This document shows positions 9,467 through 17,292 of a stretch of DNA of 64,000 nucleotides, one piece after another; position 1 is the first letter of the stretch, and every line of letters starts with the position of its first letter. The position numbers and the translations under genes are program-made. The notes beneath the pieces were generated by a model. That model did not search any database. It was not told where the DNA came from and saw nothing but the letters and a program-made list of their open reading frames with translations. The DNA is from Gaiellaceae bacterium (GTDB taxonomy: Bacteria; Actinomycetota; Thermoleophilia; Gaiellales; Gaiellaceae): assembly GCA_036503495.1 (NCBI GenBank), contig DASXWV010000101.1, positions 2,023 through 66,022 of the forward strand, given 5' to 3'.

Positions 9467-9493
9467 GCCGCGCCCGACCTGCGCGGGCGCGGC
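9467..9493 (+). terminator. GC-rich hairpin after the nucleotidyltransferase gene
   Basis: 10-bp perfect stem 'gccgcgcccg'/'cgggcgcggc' with a 7-nt loop, 25 nt past the stop codon. There is no U-tract, which is common in high-GC actinobacteria. Confidence 0.4.
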
Positions 9494-9600
9494 ACTCAAG
9501 CGCGTCGCGTCAGAGCGCGCGCCAAAGGCGTGCGCAAGCTCCGCGCCTCTGCCGCGAGCGCGGAAAGCGCAGCGAAGCGGAGCGGGCGCGAGCGGCAAAT

Positions 9601-10413
9601 TCAGAAATAAAACTGTGACCAGGCAGTCCACCAGTCGTCTGCGCGGGAGACGATGGTGAGCGGGCCGGTGACCTCGACGCCGCGGCGGTTGCGGTACTCG
9701 ATGAGACGGTCCGGCGTCGTGAAGTCGACCTGGATCTCGCACGGCCGGCCCGGGTCGTACGGCTGCACGGCCTTCAGGTCGGCGAGCGCGCGCTTCGCCG
9801 CGTCCTCGATCAGCTCGCGCGCGCGCACCGCCGGCAGGTTGCGCGCGCTGAAGCGGCCGAGACCCTGCTTCACCTCCGCGGTGACGAGCGCGTCGCCGAG
9901 CAGCTCGCGCGCCTCGCGGCAGACGGCGCGGTCGCCGGTGACGAGCAGCACCGGGCAACCCCACTGTCCGCAGAGCGCGGCGTTGATCCCCGTCTCGCCG
10001 ACGGCCGTGCCGTTGAAGCGGAGCGACTGCCAGGCCTGACCCGACACCGTGTGCGCGAGCACGCCGTCGGGCGTCCCCGCCATCGCGTGCATGCCGACGA
10101 AGAGCGCTGCGTCACAGCCTTGCTCGAGAAACTCCGTGTACTCGGTCCATTCGTTCTGCACGACGAACTCGCAATCGGGATCGAGCAGATCGGGGAGCAG
10201 CGAGTTGAAGGTGTAGTCGCCGCCTGCGCCGTGGCAGTCCATGACGACGATCTCCGTCGCGCCGGCCGCCTTCGCACCGCGCACCGCGGCGTTGATCTCC
10301 TCGGTGTAGAGCCGGCGCCCCTCGTGGTAGAGGTGGCTGTCCTCGCCGCCGGTCTGTCCCCACTTGACGATTCCGGCGACGCCCTCGATGTCGCTGATCA
10401 CGTGGACGCGCAC
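9601..10413 (-). CDS. M55-family D-aminopeptidase (DppA-like)
   Basis: 270-aa ORF that starts 'MRVHVISDIEGVAGI' and carries 'VVMDCHG', which is typical of peptidase M55. Confidence 0.85.
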   Translation of the reverse strand: MRVHVISDIEGVAGIVKWGQTGGEDSHLYHEGRRLYTEEINAAVRGAKAAGATEIVVMDCHGAGGDYTFNSLLPDLLDPDCEFVVQNEWTEYTEFLEQGCDAALFVGMHAMAGTPDGVLAHTVSGQAWQSLRFNGTAVGETGINAALCGQWGCPVLLVTGDRAVCREARELLGDALVTAEVKQGLGRFSARNLPAVRARELIEDAAKRALADLKAVQPYDPGRPCEIQVDFTTPDRLIEYRNRRGVEVTGPLTIVSRADDWWTAWSQFYF

Positions 10414-10436
10414 GGCGGGAGACTACTGTCCGCGCG

Positions 10437-11213
10437 ATGGAGACAGGGCTTGCAGGGAAGGGCGTCGTCGTCACCGGTGCGTCGGGTGGAATCGGCTCCG
10501 CGTGTGCGCGCGCGTTCGCGGCGGAGGGCGCGAGCGTCGTCGTCCACTATCACCGTGGCCGCGAGCGCGCGCAGGACGTTGCGCGCGAGCTCGGCGGCGC
10601 GCCGACCGTCGCAGCCGACCTGACGAACGAGCACGACGTCGCTCGTCTGTTCGAGGAGGCGCGCGCAGCGGTCGGCCGGGTCGACGTCTGCGCGGCTGTC
10701 GCGGGCGTGTGGCCGTCGGCCGACGAGCCGGTGTGGGAGCTCTCGCTCGAGCGCTGGGAGGCGACGCTGCGCGCGAACCTGACGGCGACGTTCCTGACGG
10801 CGCGCGCGTTCCTGCGGGAGCTCCAGCGCACCGGTCACGGCAACCTCGTGCTGATCGGGTCGACGGCCGGCCGCTTCGGCGAAGCCGGGCATGCCGACTA
10901 CGCGGCCGCGAAGGCGGCGATCCAGGGCGGCCTGCTGCTCAGCCTGAAGAACGAGATCGTGCGGATCGCGCCGCGCGGCCGCGTCAACGCCGTCGCGCCG
11001 GGCTGGACGTATTCGCCGATGACCCGCGGCGCGCTCGACGAGTCGATCGTGCGCGAGGTCAGCCGCACGATGTCGCTGCGCAAGGTCGCCTCACCGGAGG
11101 ACATCGCGCGCGCGGTGGTCGTCCTCGCGTCGGACGAGCTGTCGGGGCACGTGACGGGCGAGCTCGTGACCGTCGCCGGCGGCATGGAAGGCCGCACGAT
11201 CCACCCGGGATAA
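10437..11213 (+). CDS. SDR-family oxidoreductase
   Basis: 258-aa ORF with the 'VVVTGASGGIGSA' cofactor motif and the 'YAAAKAA' catalytic YxxxK. Confidence 0.9.
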   Translation: METGLAGKGVVVTGASGGIGSACARAFAAEGASVVVHYHRGRERAQDVARELGGAPTVAADLTNEHDVARLFEEARAAVGRVDVCAAVAGVWPSADEPVWELSLERWEATLRANLTATFLTARAFLRELQRTGHGNLVLIGSTAGRFGEAGHADYAAAKAAIQGGLLLSLKNEIVRIAPRGRVNAVAPGWTYSPMTRGALDESIVREVSRTMSLRKVASPEDIARAVVVLASDELSGHVTGELVTVAGGMEGRTIHPG

Positions 11214-11336
11214 GAGGCCGAACCAGAATGACGCTCGTCGAGCGGTCGCGATAGGCGAGTGCAGCGCGACCGAGGACGCCGCGATGCGCCGCATAGCGCG
11301 GCTGCGCGGCACAGCCGCTCATTCTGGTTCGGTCTC
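11214..11336. repeat. About 120-bp inverted-repeat hairpin element (14-bp perfect terminal arms)
   Basis: 'ccgaaccagaatga' at 11218..11231 is the exact reverse complement of 'tcattctggttcgg' at 11319..11332. The pairing extends to 18 bp with one mismatch. The interior holds at least 3 local hairpins (for example ggtcgcg/cgcgacc and gcggctg/cagccgc). The element sits immediately after the SDR stop codon. Confidence 0.6.
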
Positions 11337-11344
11337 TAAGGCAA

Positions 11345-11366
11345 GCGGCGCCTCGAAAGGCGCCGC
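11345..11366 (+). terminator. Hairpin 'gcggcgcc-tcgaaa-ggcgccgc'
   Basis: 8-bp perfect GC stem with a 6-nt loop, in the intergenic region downstream of the SDR gene and the IR element. Confidence 0.35.
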
Positions 11367-11379
11367 CGCAGACGACTCG

Positions 11380-11642
11380 TGCCGCAGGGAGATTGCCGTC
11401 AGCCCCCGGCGCGGAGTCAGTTCTTCATCGGCGCCCGACCGCACCGACTTGAGCGTCAAGTAGCGGTGTCAACCGTCGTCCGGGGGATGGGTCAACAACC
11501 GCGGCGTCGCGATATTCCGTATGCGACTGTCGAGGGGCCCCGTTGCGGCGGGGGCTTCTCCGGCCGCAACCGAGGCACGAGAGCGGGGGTGGCGGCGCCC
11601 CCGCTCTCCGATCTCGGACTGCACGCTCCTACACTGAGCGCG
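11380..11642 (+). promoter_or_regulatory. Structured 5' leader of the homocysteine methyltransferase/MTHFR gene, candidate SAM riboswitch (SAM-IV or SAM-I/IV-like)
   Basis: About 260 nt non-coding leader. 'gagcgtcaag', 'gtcaacc' and 'aaccgcgg' resemble my recollection of SAM-IV core strings. Two hairpins follow (11542..11570 and an 11-bp perfect stem at 11579..11608), about 35 nt before the ATG. yitJ/metH/metF-type genes are typical SAM-riboswitch targets. Not verified with a covariance model. Confidence 0.3.
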
Positions 11643-13478
11643 ATGTCGAGATTCATGGAGCGCATTGCAGCGGGACGCCCGCTCGTCGGCGACGGCGGCA
11701 TGGGCGCACTGCTCGCGAGTGCCGTGCCACGCCTGCGCTGCCCCGAGGAGGCGAACCTGCGCGCGCCGGAGAGCGTCGTCGACGTCCACGTCGGCTACAT
11801 CCGCGCGGGCGCCGAGATCATCGAGACGAACACCTTCGGCGCGAACCGGCCGAAGCTCGCCCAGCACTTCCTCGAGGACGAGTTCGACGCGATCAACAAT
11901 TCCGCGGTGCGGCTCGCGCGCGAGGCGCGCGAGATCTGCGGCAGCGATGTCTTCATCGCCGGCTCGATCGGCCCGCTCGGCGAGCTGCGCGGGCCTGCAG
12001 CCGCGGCGCAGTACGCCGACCAGGCGAGGGTGCTCGAAGGGCGCGGCGTCGACCTGTTCATGGTCGAGACGTTCTACGACCTCGACGACCTCGAGACGGC
12101 GGTCAATGCCGTCCGCTCGGTCTCGCAGCTGCCGATCGTCGCGCTGATGACGTTCGACGGCGACGGCGAGACGCTCGCGGGCGTGACCGCGACCGACGCA
12201 GCTGCCCGCCTGCGCGCGCTCGACGTCGCGGCGTTCGGCGCGAATCACGGCGCCGGCCCGGCGGCCGCGCTGCGCGCGCTGACGGCGATGCAGCACGAAG
12301 GATCCCGTCTCGCGGCGCTGCCGAACGTGGGTCTCGCGAGCATGTCGGGGACGCGGATCGTCTTCCCGCACGCGACGCCCGCGTACTTCGGCGAGTTCGC
12401 CGCGCAGGCGCGCTCGCTCGGCGCCGCGATCATCGGCGGCTGCTGCGGGACGACGCCGGCGCAGATCGCCGCCATCCGCGCCGCGGTCGAGGAGGACGCG
12501 AAGCCGACCGGGTCGCTGCTCGTGCACGAGCGCCACTCGGCGACCGCCGTCGCCGCGGCCGAAGAGCCGACGCAGCTGCAGCAGCTGCTCGAGGCCGGCG
12601 AGTTCATCGTCTCCGTGCAGCTCGACCCGCCGCTCGGCGCGAACGCGAACGGGTTGATCGAGACGGCTCGCGCCGTGCGCAACTCCGGGAAGGCGCAGTT
12701 CGTCGACGTCAACGACAACCCGCGCGCGCGGGCGCGCATGAGCGGGATGATGGCGAGCGTCGCGATCGAGCGCTTCGCCGGCATCGAGACGATTCCGCAC
12801 CTGACGCCGCGCGACACGACGATCAGCGGTCTCGAGTCGCTGCTGCTCGGCGCGCATGCCGAAGGCGTCCGCAACATCCTCGCGGTGACGGGCGACCCGC
12901 CCGAGGCCGGGGACTACCCGGGGACGAGCGGCGTCTACGAGGTCGACTCGATCGGCCTCGTCGAGCTGATGACGAAGCTGAACCGCGGCGAGGACTGGCA
13001 CGGCCGCACGATCGACGCGCCCACGTCGTTCTTCCCGGGCGTCGCGGTCACGCCGACCGCCGACGACCTCGGCCTGGAAGCGGAGCGCTTCCACCGCAAG
13101 GTCGAGGCGGGCGCGCGCTTCGCGATGACGCAGGTGCTGTTCGATCTCGAGCCGTTCGAGGCGTTCCGGGAGCGGATCGGCGGCCGCTGGCCGATCCCGG
13201 TCCTCGTCGGTGTGTGGCCGATCCGCACGTACGAGCTGCTGATCCGGATGCACAACGAGGCGCCGGGGATCGTCGTCCCCGAGCACGTGCAGGAGCGCTA
13301 TCGCGCGGCCGGCGCCGAGGCGCGGCGCGTCGGCGGCGAGCTCGGGCTCGAGCTGCTCGCAGGGGCGCGCGAGCTCGCGCACGGCGCGTATGTGATCGCA
13401 CCGTTCCGCGCACCGCTGAACGTCGTCGAGTTCCTGCCTCAGCCGGCGGCGCATTCGCCCGTCGAGACCGGCCGCTGA
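11643..13478 (+). CDS. Bifunctional homocysteine S-methyltransferase / 5,10-methylenetetrahydrofolate reductase (YitJ-like)
   Basis: 611-aa protein from the ATG at 11643 (MSRFMERIAAG). The N-terminal S-methyltransferase domain carries 'ETNTFGAN' and 'GGCCGTTP'. The C-terminal MTHFR domain carries 'PHLTPRD' and 'ILAVTGDPP'. The first 88 codons of the track ORF are not coding-like. Confidence 0.9.
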   Translation: MSRFMERIAAGRPLVGDGGMGALLASAVPRLRCPEEANLRAPESVVDVHVGYIRAGAEIIETNTFGANRPKLAQHFLEDEFDAINNSAVRLAREAREICGSDVFIAGSIGPLGELRGPAAAAQYADQARVLEGRGVDLFMVETFYDLDDLETAVNAVRSVSQLPIVALMTFDGDGETLAGVTATDAAARLRALDVAAFGANHGAGPAAALRALTAMQHEGSRLAALPNVGLASMSGTRIVFPHATPAYFGEFAAQARSLGAAIIGGCCGTTPAQIAAIRAAVEEDAKPTGSLLVHERHSATAVAAAEEPTQLQQLLEAGEFIVSVQLDPPLGANANGLIETARAVRNSGKAQFVDVNDNPRARARMSGMMASVAIERFAGIETIPHLTPRDTTISGLESLLLGAHAEGVRNILAVTGDPPEAGDYPGTSGVYEVDSIGLVELMTKLNRGEDWHGRTIDAPTSFFPGVAVTPTADDLGLEAERFHRKVEAGARFAMTQVLFDLEPFEAFRERIGGRWPIPVLVGVWPIRTYELLIRMHNEAPGIVVPEHVQERYRAAGAEARRVGGELGLELLAGARELAHGAYVIAPFRAPLNVVEFLPQPAAHSPVETGR

Positions 13479-14590
13479 CCTGCCGACGAGAGGACGCCGG
13501 CGACGACGTCGCTCGGGATGCCGAAGCCGCCGCTGCCGCTGAGGCGCGCGGCGAAGACGGTCGCCTCGACCTTCCCCGCCTTGTCGATCGCCGGGCCGCC
13601 CGAGTTGCCGTGCTCGACCGTGCCGGCGATCGCGGTGATCTTGCGTGACACGGGGCCGCGCCCGTACGCGTCCTGCGTCAGCACCGTCGAGGTACGGCCG
13701 ACGCGGCCGGGCGTCGTCGTCAGCGGCCCGTTTTCCGGGTAGCCGACGATCCCGACCGCGGCGCCGTCGTTCGGCGCGGCGAGCTCGAGCGGATCGACGC
13801 GCACGTCCGGCACGCGGAGCACCGCGACGTCGTTGTGCGCGTCGAACGCGACGACCGACGCGGCATGCAAGCCGTCGACGTCGGGGATCTGCACGCGCGT
13901 GTCGTCCTCGCCCGCGACGACGTGCGCGGCGGTGACGACGAGGTGGTCGCGCGCGAACCAGCCGGTTCCCTCGATGCCGATCCCGCAGGCGGTGCCGACG
14001 ACGCGGACGACCGCCCGCGACGCGTCGCGGATCGTCGGGTCGCGGCCGACCGACGGGCTCGGCGGCAGGTTCGGTGCCGCCGGGCCTGCGATGGAGGGGA
14101 ACGGATCGATGCGCGCGAGCAGGTTGAGCGCGCGGCGCGGCGGCAGCGCTTCGTCGAGCCGGCGCACGAGCGTCGACCGTTGCACCTCCTGGCGGAGCCG
14201 CGTCTGGCCGGGGAGCAGCAGTGCGGTAGCGCCGAGCACCCAGACGAACGCGACGCCGGTGACGGCGCCGAAGAGGAAGCCGGCGGCCGAGTCGAGGAAG
14301 CGGAACGGCGTCAGGCGCAGTCCGCCGCGGACGAACGAGCCCGCGAAGACGGCGAGCGCCTGCAGGAACGTCGCGCCGAAGATCGCGCCGATGAGGCTCG
14401 CGACCGCGGCCCACTGCGACTTCGCGCCGCCGCGCAGCAGGTGTGGCGCGACCTTCGAGCCCGCATACGCGCCGGCGACGAGGCCGAGCAGGGCAAGGGC
14501 GCTCGCGATCAGCCCACGCCGCCAGCCGCCGAGCGCGGAGACGACGATGAGGGCGATCGCGATCCAGTCGACGACGGTCAGCGACGGCAC
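13439..14590 (-). CDS. CvpA-family membrane domain fused to an S1C trypsin-like serine protease (MarP-like)
   Basis: 383-aa ORF with 4 N-terminal TM helices. Protease triad motifs 'VVTAAHVV', 'HNDVAVLRV', 'HGNSGGPAID'. Converges on the previous gene with a 40-nt overlap. Confidence 0.85.
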   Translation of the reverse strand: MPSLTVVDWIAIALIVVSALGGWRRGLIASALALLGLVAGAYAGSKVAPHLLRGGAKSQWAAVASLIGAIFGATFLQALAVFAGSFVRGGLRLTPFRFLDSAAGFLFGAVTGVAFVWVLGATALLLPGQTRLRQEVQRSTLVRRLDEALPPRRALNLLARIDPFPSIAGPAAPNLPPSPSVGRDPTIRDASRAVVRVVGTACGIGIEGTGWFARDHLVVTAAHVVAGEDDTRVQIPDVDGLHAASVVAFDAHNDVAVLRVPDVRVDPLELAAPNDGAAVGIVGYPENGPLTTTPGRVGRTSTVLTQDAYGRGPVSRKITAIAGTVEHGNSGGPAIDKAGKVEATVFAARLSGSGGFGIPSDVVAGVLSSAGQRPVSTGECAAG

Positions 14591-14626
14591 GGCGGCGAAG
14601 TCTCGCAGCTACAATGGCGCGTCCCC

Positions 14627-14700
14627 GGGGGCGTAGTTCAGCTGGTTAGAACGCCGGCCTGTCACGCCGGAGGTCGCGGGTTCGAGTCCCGTCGCTCCCG
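14627..14700 (+). tRNA. tRNA-Asp (anticodon GUC)
   Basis: Cloverleaf folded by hand. Acceptor GGGGGCG/CGCTCCC has one G-U pair. D arm is GTTC..GAAC. Anticodon stem is CCGGC/GCCGG with loop CTGTCAC. T arm is GCGGG-TTCGAGT-CCCGT. Discriminator is G and no CCA is encoded. A TACAAT -10-like hexamer lies at 14610..14615. Confidence 0.95.
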
Positions 14701-14820
14701 TTTCCCAGCTTCCCTGCACATGCTTGTTGCGCGAGCAGGCTCTCATCGCGCGGTGTCGGGTACCAAACTCCGAGTCGTCTCCGACAACCGCGGGAGCAGC
14801 GCTGAAGCGCGCGGCTTTCG

Positions 14821-15069
14821 CTAGTGGAGCAGGTGAAACGGCGTCCGCCGACGCGGTGTTTCCATGCCTCTGACGGAGTCACCGATTTGCCAAAGGGTGG
14901 GCGCCCAAAGGCCGACGAAGAGGGCGCGTCGTTCGGCATTGCCGCGTTCATCCTGGTCGACGGTCTTGGCGCGGATCCAGAGGCCGATACACAGGCCGAC
15001 GGACCCGAGCGAGAGGGCGTGGAACTGCGAGCCGCGGATACCGCTGCGGTGCAACGCATCGACGATCAT
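14821..15069 (-). CDS. Small hypothetical membrane protein (82 aa, 2 predicted TM segments)
   Basis: Internal ATG of the 125-aa track ORF. Hydrophobic segments 'ALSLGSVGLCIGLWI' and 'ALFVGLWAPTLWQIG'. The RBS is weak and there is no recognisable family. Confidence 0.35.
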   Translation of the reverse strand: MIVDALHRSGIRGSQFHALSLGSVGLCIGLWIRAKTVDQDERGNAERRALFVGLWAPTLWQIGDSVRGMETPRRRTPFHLLH

Positions 15070-15133
15070 TCTCGTGCTTCTGCCCGTTCGTGCCACGTTC
15101 AGTCGTGAGCTCGGCGGGGTACCTGCAAGGGTC

Positions 15134-15847
15134 GTGTCGAATCGCCTCTCTCCCGGAAGGCGGCTGTCGACCGCCGCGCTCTGGCCGGTAGGTATCACGC
15201 TGACGTCTTGGCACTACATGTGGCGGACGACGCCGATGCATCGCAGCGAAGAGAGCGGAAGCCGAGCCGATCTTCCGCCGGAACTGCCCGGCGCAGCAAT
15301 CGACGACGACGTGCAACCGATCGAGGCCGGTGTCGGGCCACTCTTTCACCGTCTCTACCGGGCGACGATCCGCGACGCGCGGCTCTCGTCTCAGGAGCTG
15401 ATCCACCGCCTCAGCGTCGACCCAAACGTGGCAGCACCGACGGAGCTCGCCCGCTTCCTCAAGATCGGTGGTACGAAGGGTCGGCTGGCAGTTGGCGACG
15501 AGCTCGTCGTCCGCATGCCCGGCCCCTGGGATGGACCAGTGCGGGTTACGACGACGACGCCCACGTCGTTCCGGTTCGCCACGCTCTCAGGTCATCTCGA
15601 AGCGGGGCAGATCGAATTCCGCTCGACCCAGCGAGAGGGGCTGCTTCAGTTTGAGATCGAGTCCTGGGCGCGTAGCGGCGACCGGCTCTCGAACCTGCTC
15701 TACCACCACCTGCGCATGGCCAAGGAGGTGCAACTGCACATGTGGACATCGTTCCTGGAGCAGGTTGCGAAGCTGAGCGAGGGGCGTTTGACGGGCGGCA
15801 TCGAGATCGTCAGTCGAAAGGTGGAGGATCCCCTCGCGCTTCCCTGA
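15134..15847 (+). CDS. DUF1990-like domain protein (first copy)
   Basis: Coding-like from about 15134 (GTG) or 15218 (ATG). 'FRFATLSGHLEAGQIEFRS...FEIESWARS' resembles the GH.E.G.E.F / (F|W).R core of DUF1990. The N-terminal 90 codons of the track ORF look non-coding. Confidence 0.65.
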   Translation: MSNRLSPGRRLSTAALWPVGITLTSWHYMWRTTPMHRSEESGSRADLPPELPGAAIDDDVQPIEAGVGPLFHRLYRATIRDARLSSQELIHRLSVDPNVAAPTELARFLKIGGTKGRLAVGDELVVRMPGPWDGPVRVTTTTPTSFRFATLSGHLEAGQIEFRSTQREGLLQFEIESWARSGDRLSNLLYHHLRMAKEVQLHMWTSFLEQVAKLSEGRLTGGIEIVSRKVEDPLALP

Positions 15848-16091
15848 TCTCGACTTCCGCAGCGGCGACCTCGACAAGCGGCTGGCCGCGCTGCGCGAAC
15901 GGCCGCTCAACTTCGATCCAAGAAGACTCGGTGACGGACCGGGCTGGGAGCACGACGACTACCGCCAGCCACTCACGCGCGAGCAGCCGGGCCCGGCGCA
16001 GCCGGGAGGCAGCTGGGAGGTCGCAGTCGCGCTGAGCCGCAGCTATGCCTTTGCCGATCCCGCCCTCGTCGAGGCACGCTACGACCCACGC

Positions 16092-16964
16092 GTGCCGCTG
16101 GAGCAACGCGAGATGCTGTTGATCCTGCACGCGCTCGGCGCCCGCATCTATGCCGGCGTCCGGGTGAGCGGCGCCGGCGAGAACACACGCCGCGAAGACG
16201 GCCGCGAGGCGCGCGTTTTCTTCTGGAACTACCGCACGCTCGAGGGACACGTCGAGGCCGGCCAACGAGACTTCGAGGTCTGGAAGTGGCTCGACAGCGG
16301 AGAGGTCGAGTTCCGGACGCACGCCGTGTCACGACCCGCCGACACGAATGCGGTCGTCCAGCTCGGCTTTCGACTGCTCGGCCGGCACAAGCAGGTCGAG
16401 TTCGGACGCCACGCGTGCAGCCGCATGGCCCTGCTGAGCGAGGCGAACCTGCGGAGCGGCACGACGACGGCCGAGAACCTCGACGGGCGTCTGCTCGCCA
16501 TTTACCTGCGCGACCATCACGCGCTGCTCGTCGGCTTGGTCGAGCTCGCACAACGCATGAGCACCACTGATCGACCCGACGGGGTGCGGGCATTCGCCCA
16601 CGAGGTCCGCCAGGCTGCGGATCACGACCGCGCCTGCGTCGCGCAGTACCTCGACCGACTCGACAGCACACCTTCACGCGCACGCCATGCTGCCGTCTGG
16701 ACCGCCGAGAAGCTCGGGCGACTGAAGCTCAACGGGCGCCTGCTACGGCCGTCGCCGCTCTCGGCGGTCACCGAACTCGAAGGCTGCCGCCTTTTTCTCG
16801 AAGGCAACCGTGCGGTGTGGACGGGCCTTGCACATCTCGGGCTCGGACCTGGGAACGCTGTCGAACGAGCAGACCGTTCAGAGCGGCTCCTCGCCGGCGC
16901 GGAAAACCTCCGCGTCGCCGCTCTCCACGCCGCCGTGCGACAGCCCCTCGACCAGGAGCCGTAG
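16092..16964 (+). CDS. DUF1990-like domain (second copy) plus a C-terminal helical domain; the coding signal extends upstream to 15849 with no start codon
   Basis: 'FFWNYRTLEGHVEAGQRDFEVWKW...EFRTHAVSRPA' is a second DUF1990-like core. The same frame is open and coding-like from 15792 (LDFRSGDLDKRLAALRERPLNFDP...) but has no ATG, GTG or TTG before 16092. See the frameshift finding. Confidence 0.6.
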   Translation: MPLEQREMLLILHALGARIYAGVRVSGAGENTRREDGREARVFFWNYRTLEGHVEAGQRDFEVWKWLDSGEVEFRTHAVSRPADTNAVVQLGFRLLGRHKQVEFGRHACSRMALLSEANLRSGTTTAENLDGRLLAIYLRDHHALLVGLVELAQRMSTTDRPDGVRAFAHEVRQAADHDRACVAQYLDRLDSTPSRARHAAVWTAEKLGRLKLNGRLLRPSPLSAVTELEGCRLFLEGNRAVWTGLAHLGLGPGNAVERADRSERLLAGAENLRVAALHAAVRQPLDQEP

Positions 16965-17091
16965 AGCTCCACGGGAATGACCCCAGCGCCGAGTCGCAAG
17001 CGTCATGCTGCCAGTCAACGCATCTCCCGAAACGGGACGCGCCGGCTACAGCGCGCGCAGCACTGAGAAAGGTCGTCCCCGACGGGGGGCA

Positions 17092-17282
17092 GGCGGTGAC
17101 CTGCGCATCATCGACCGCAAGAAGGAGCTGATCATCGACGCCGCGGGCCAGACATGTCGCCCGCGAACATCGAGGCGCGGATCGAGAGCGCGAGCGCGCT
17201 GACGCCGACCTTGAAGCTCAAGCGGCGGTCGATCGAGCAGAAGTACGCCGCCGAGATCGACGCCCTCTACGCGGGGCGTTAG
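17092..17282 (+). pseudogene. Decayed C-terminal remnant of a long-chain acyl-CoA synthetase (FadD-like)
   Basis: 'GGDLRIIDRKKELIIDAAGQ' reads in one frame and continues after a 1-nt shift as 'MSPANIEARIESASA-LTPTLKLKRRSIEQKYAAEIDALYAGR*'. These are the conserved FadD C-terminal blocks. The whole AMP-binding core is missing and there appears to be an internal deletion between the blocks. Confidence 0.7.
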
Positions 17283-17292
17283 CAGCCGCCTC

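Noticed and set aside
9494-9600. A GC-rich intergenic stretch that seemed related to 11260..11320 and 55300..55350 (shared '..aggcgtgc..gcgatgcg..' fragments), suggesting a dispersed repeat family.
   Set aside because: Hand alignment gives only short, gapped matches that are expected between low-complexity GC-rich sequences. No consistent boundaries or inverted termini are shared.
11469-14414. 981-aa minus-strand ORF, the longest antisense ORF in the track.
   Set aside because: It is extremely Arg/Ala/Pro/Asp-rich with no family motifs. It lies exactly antisense to the motif-rich YitJ-like gene and also overlaps the frame of the MarP-like gene. This is a typical GC-shadow ORF of a roughly 70% GC genome.
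15820-15828. GGTGGAGG as the ribosome-binding site for an independent start of the second DUF1990-like ORF.
   Set aside because: No ATG, GTG, TTG, CTG or ATT codon lies in the correct frame within 5-15 nt downstream. The first canonical in-frame start is 270 nt away, at 16092.
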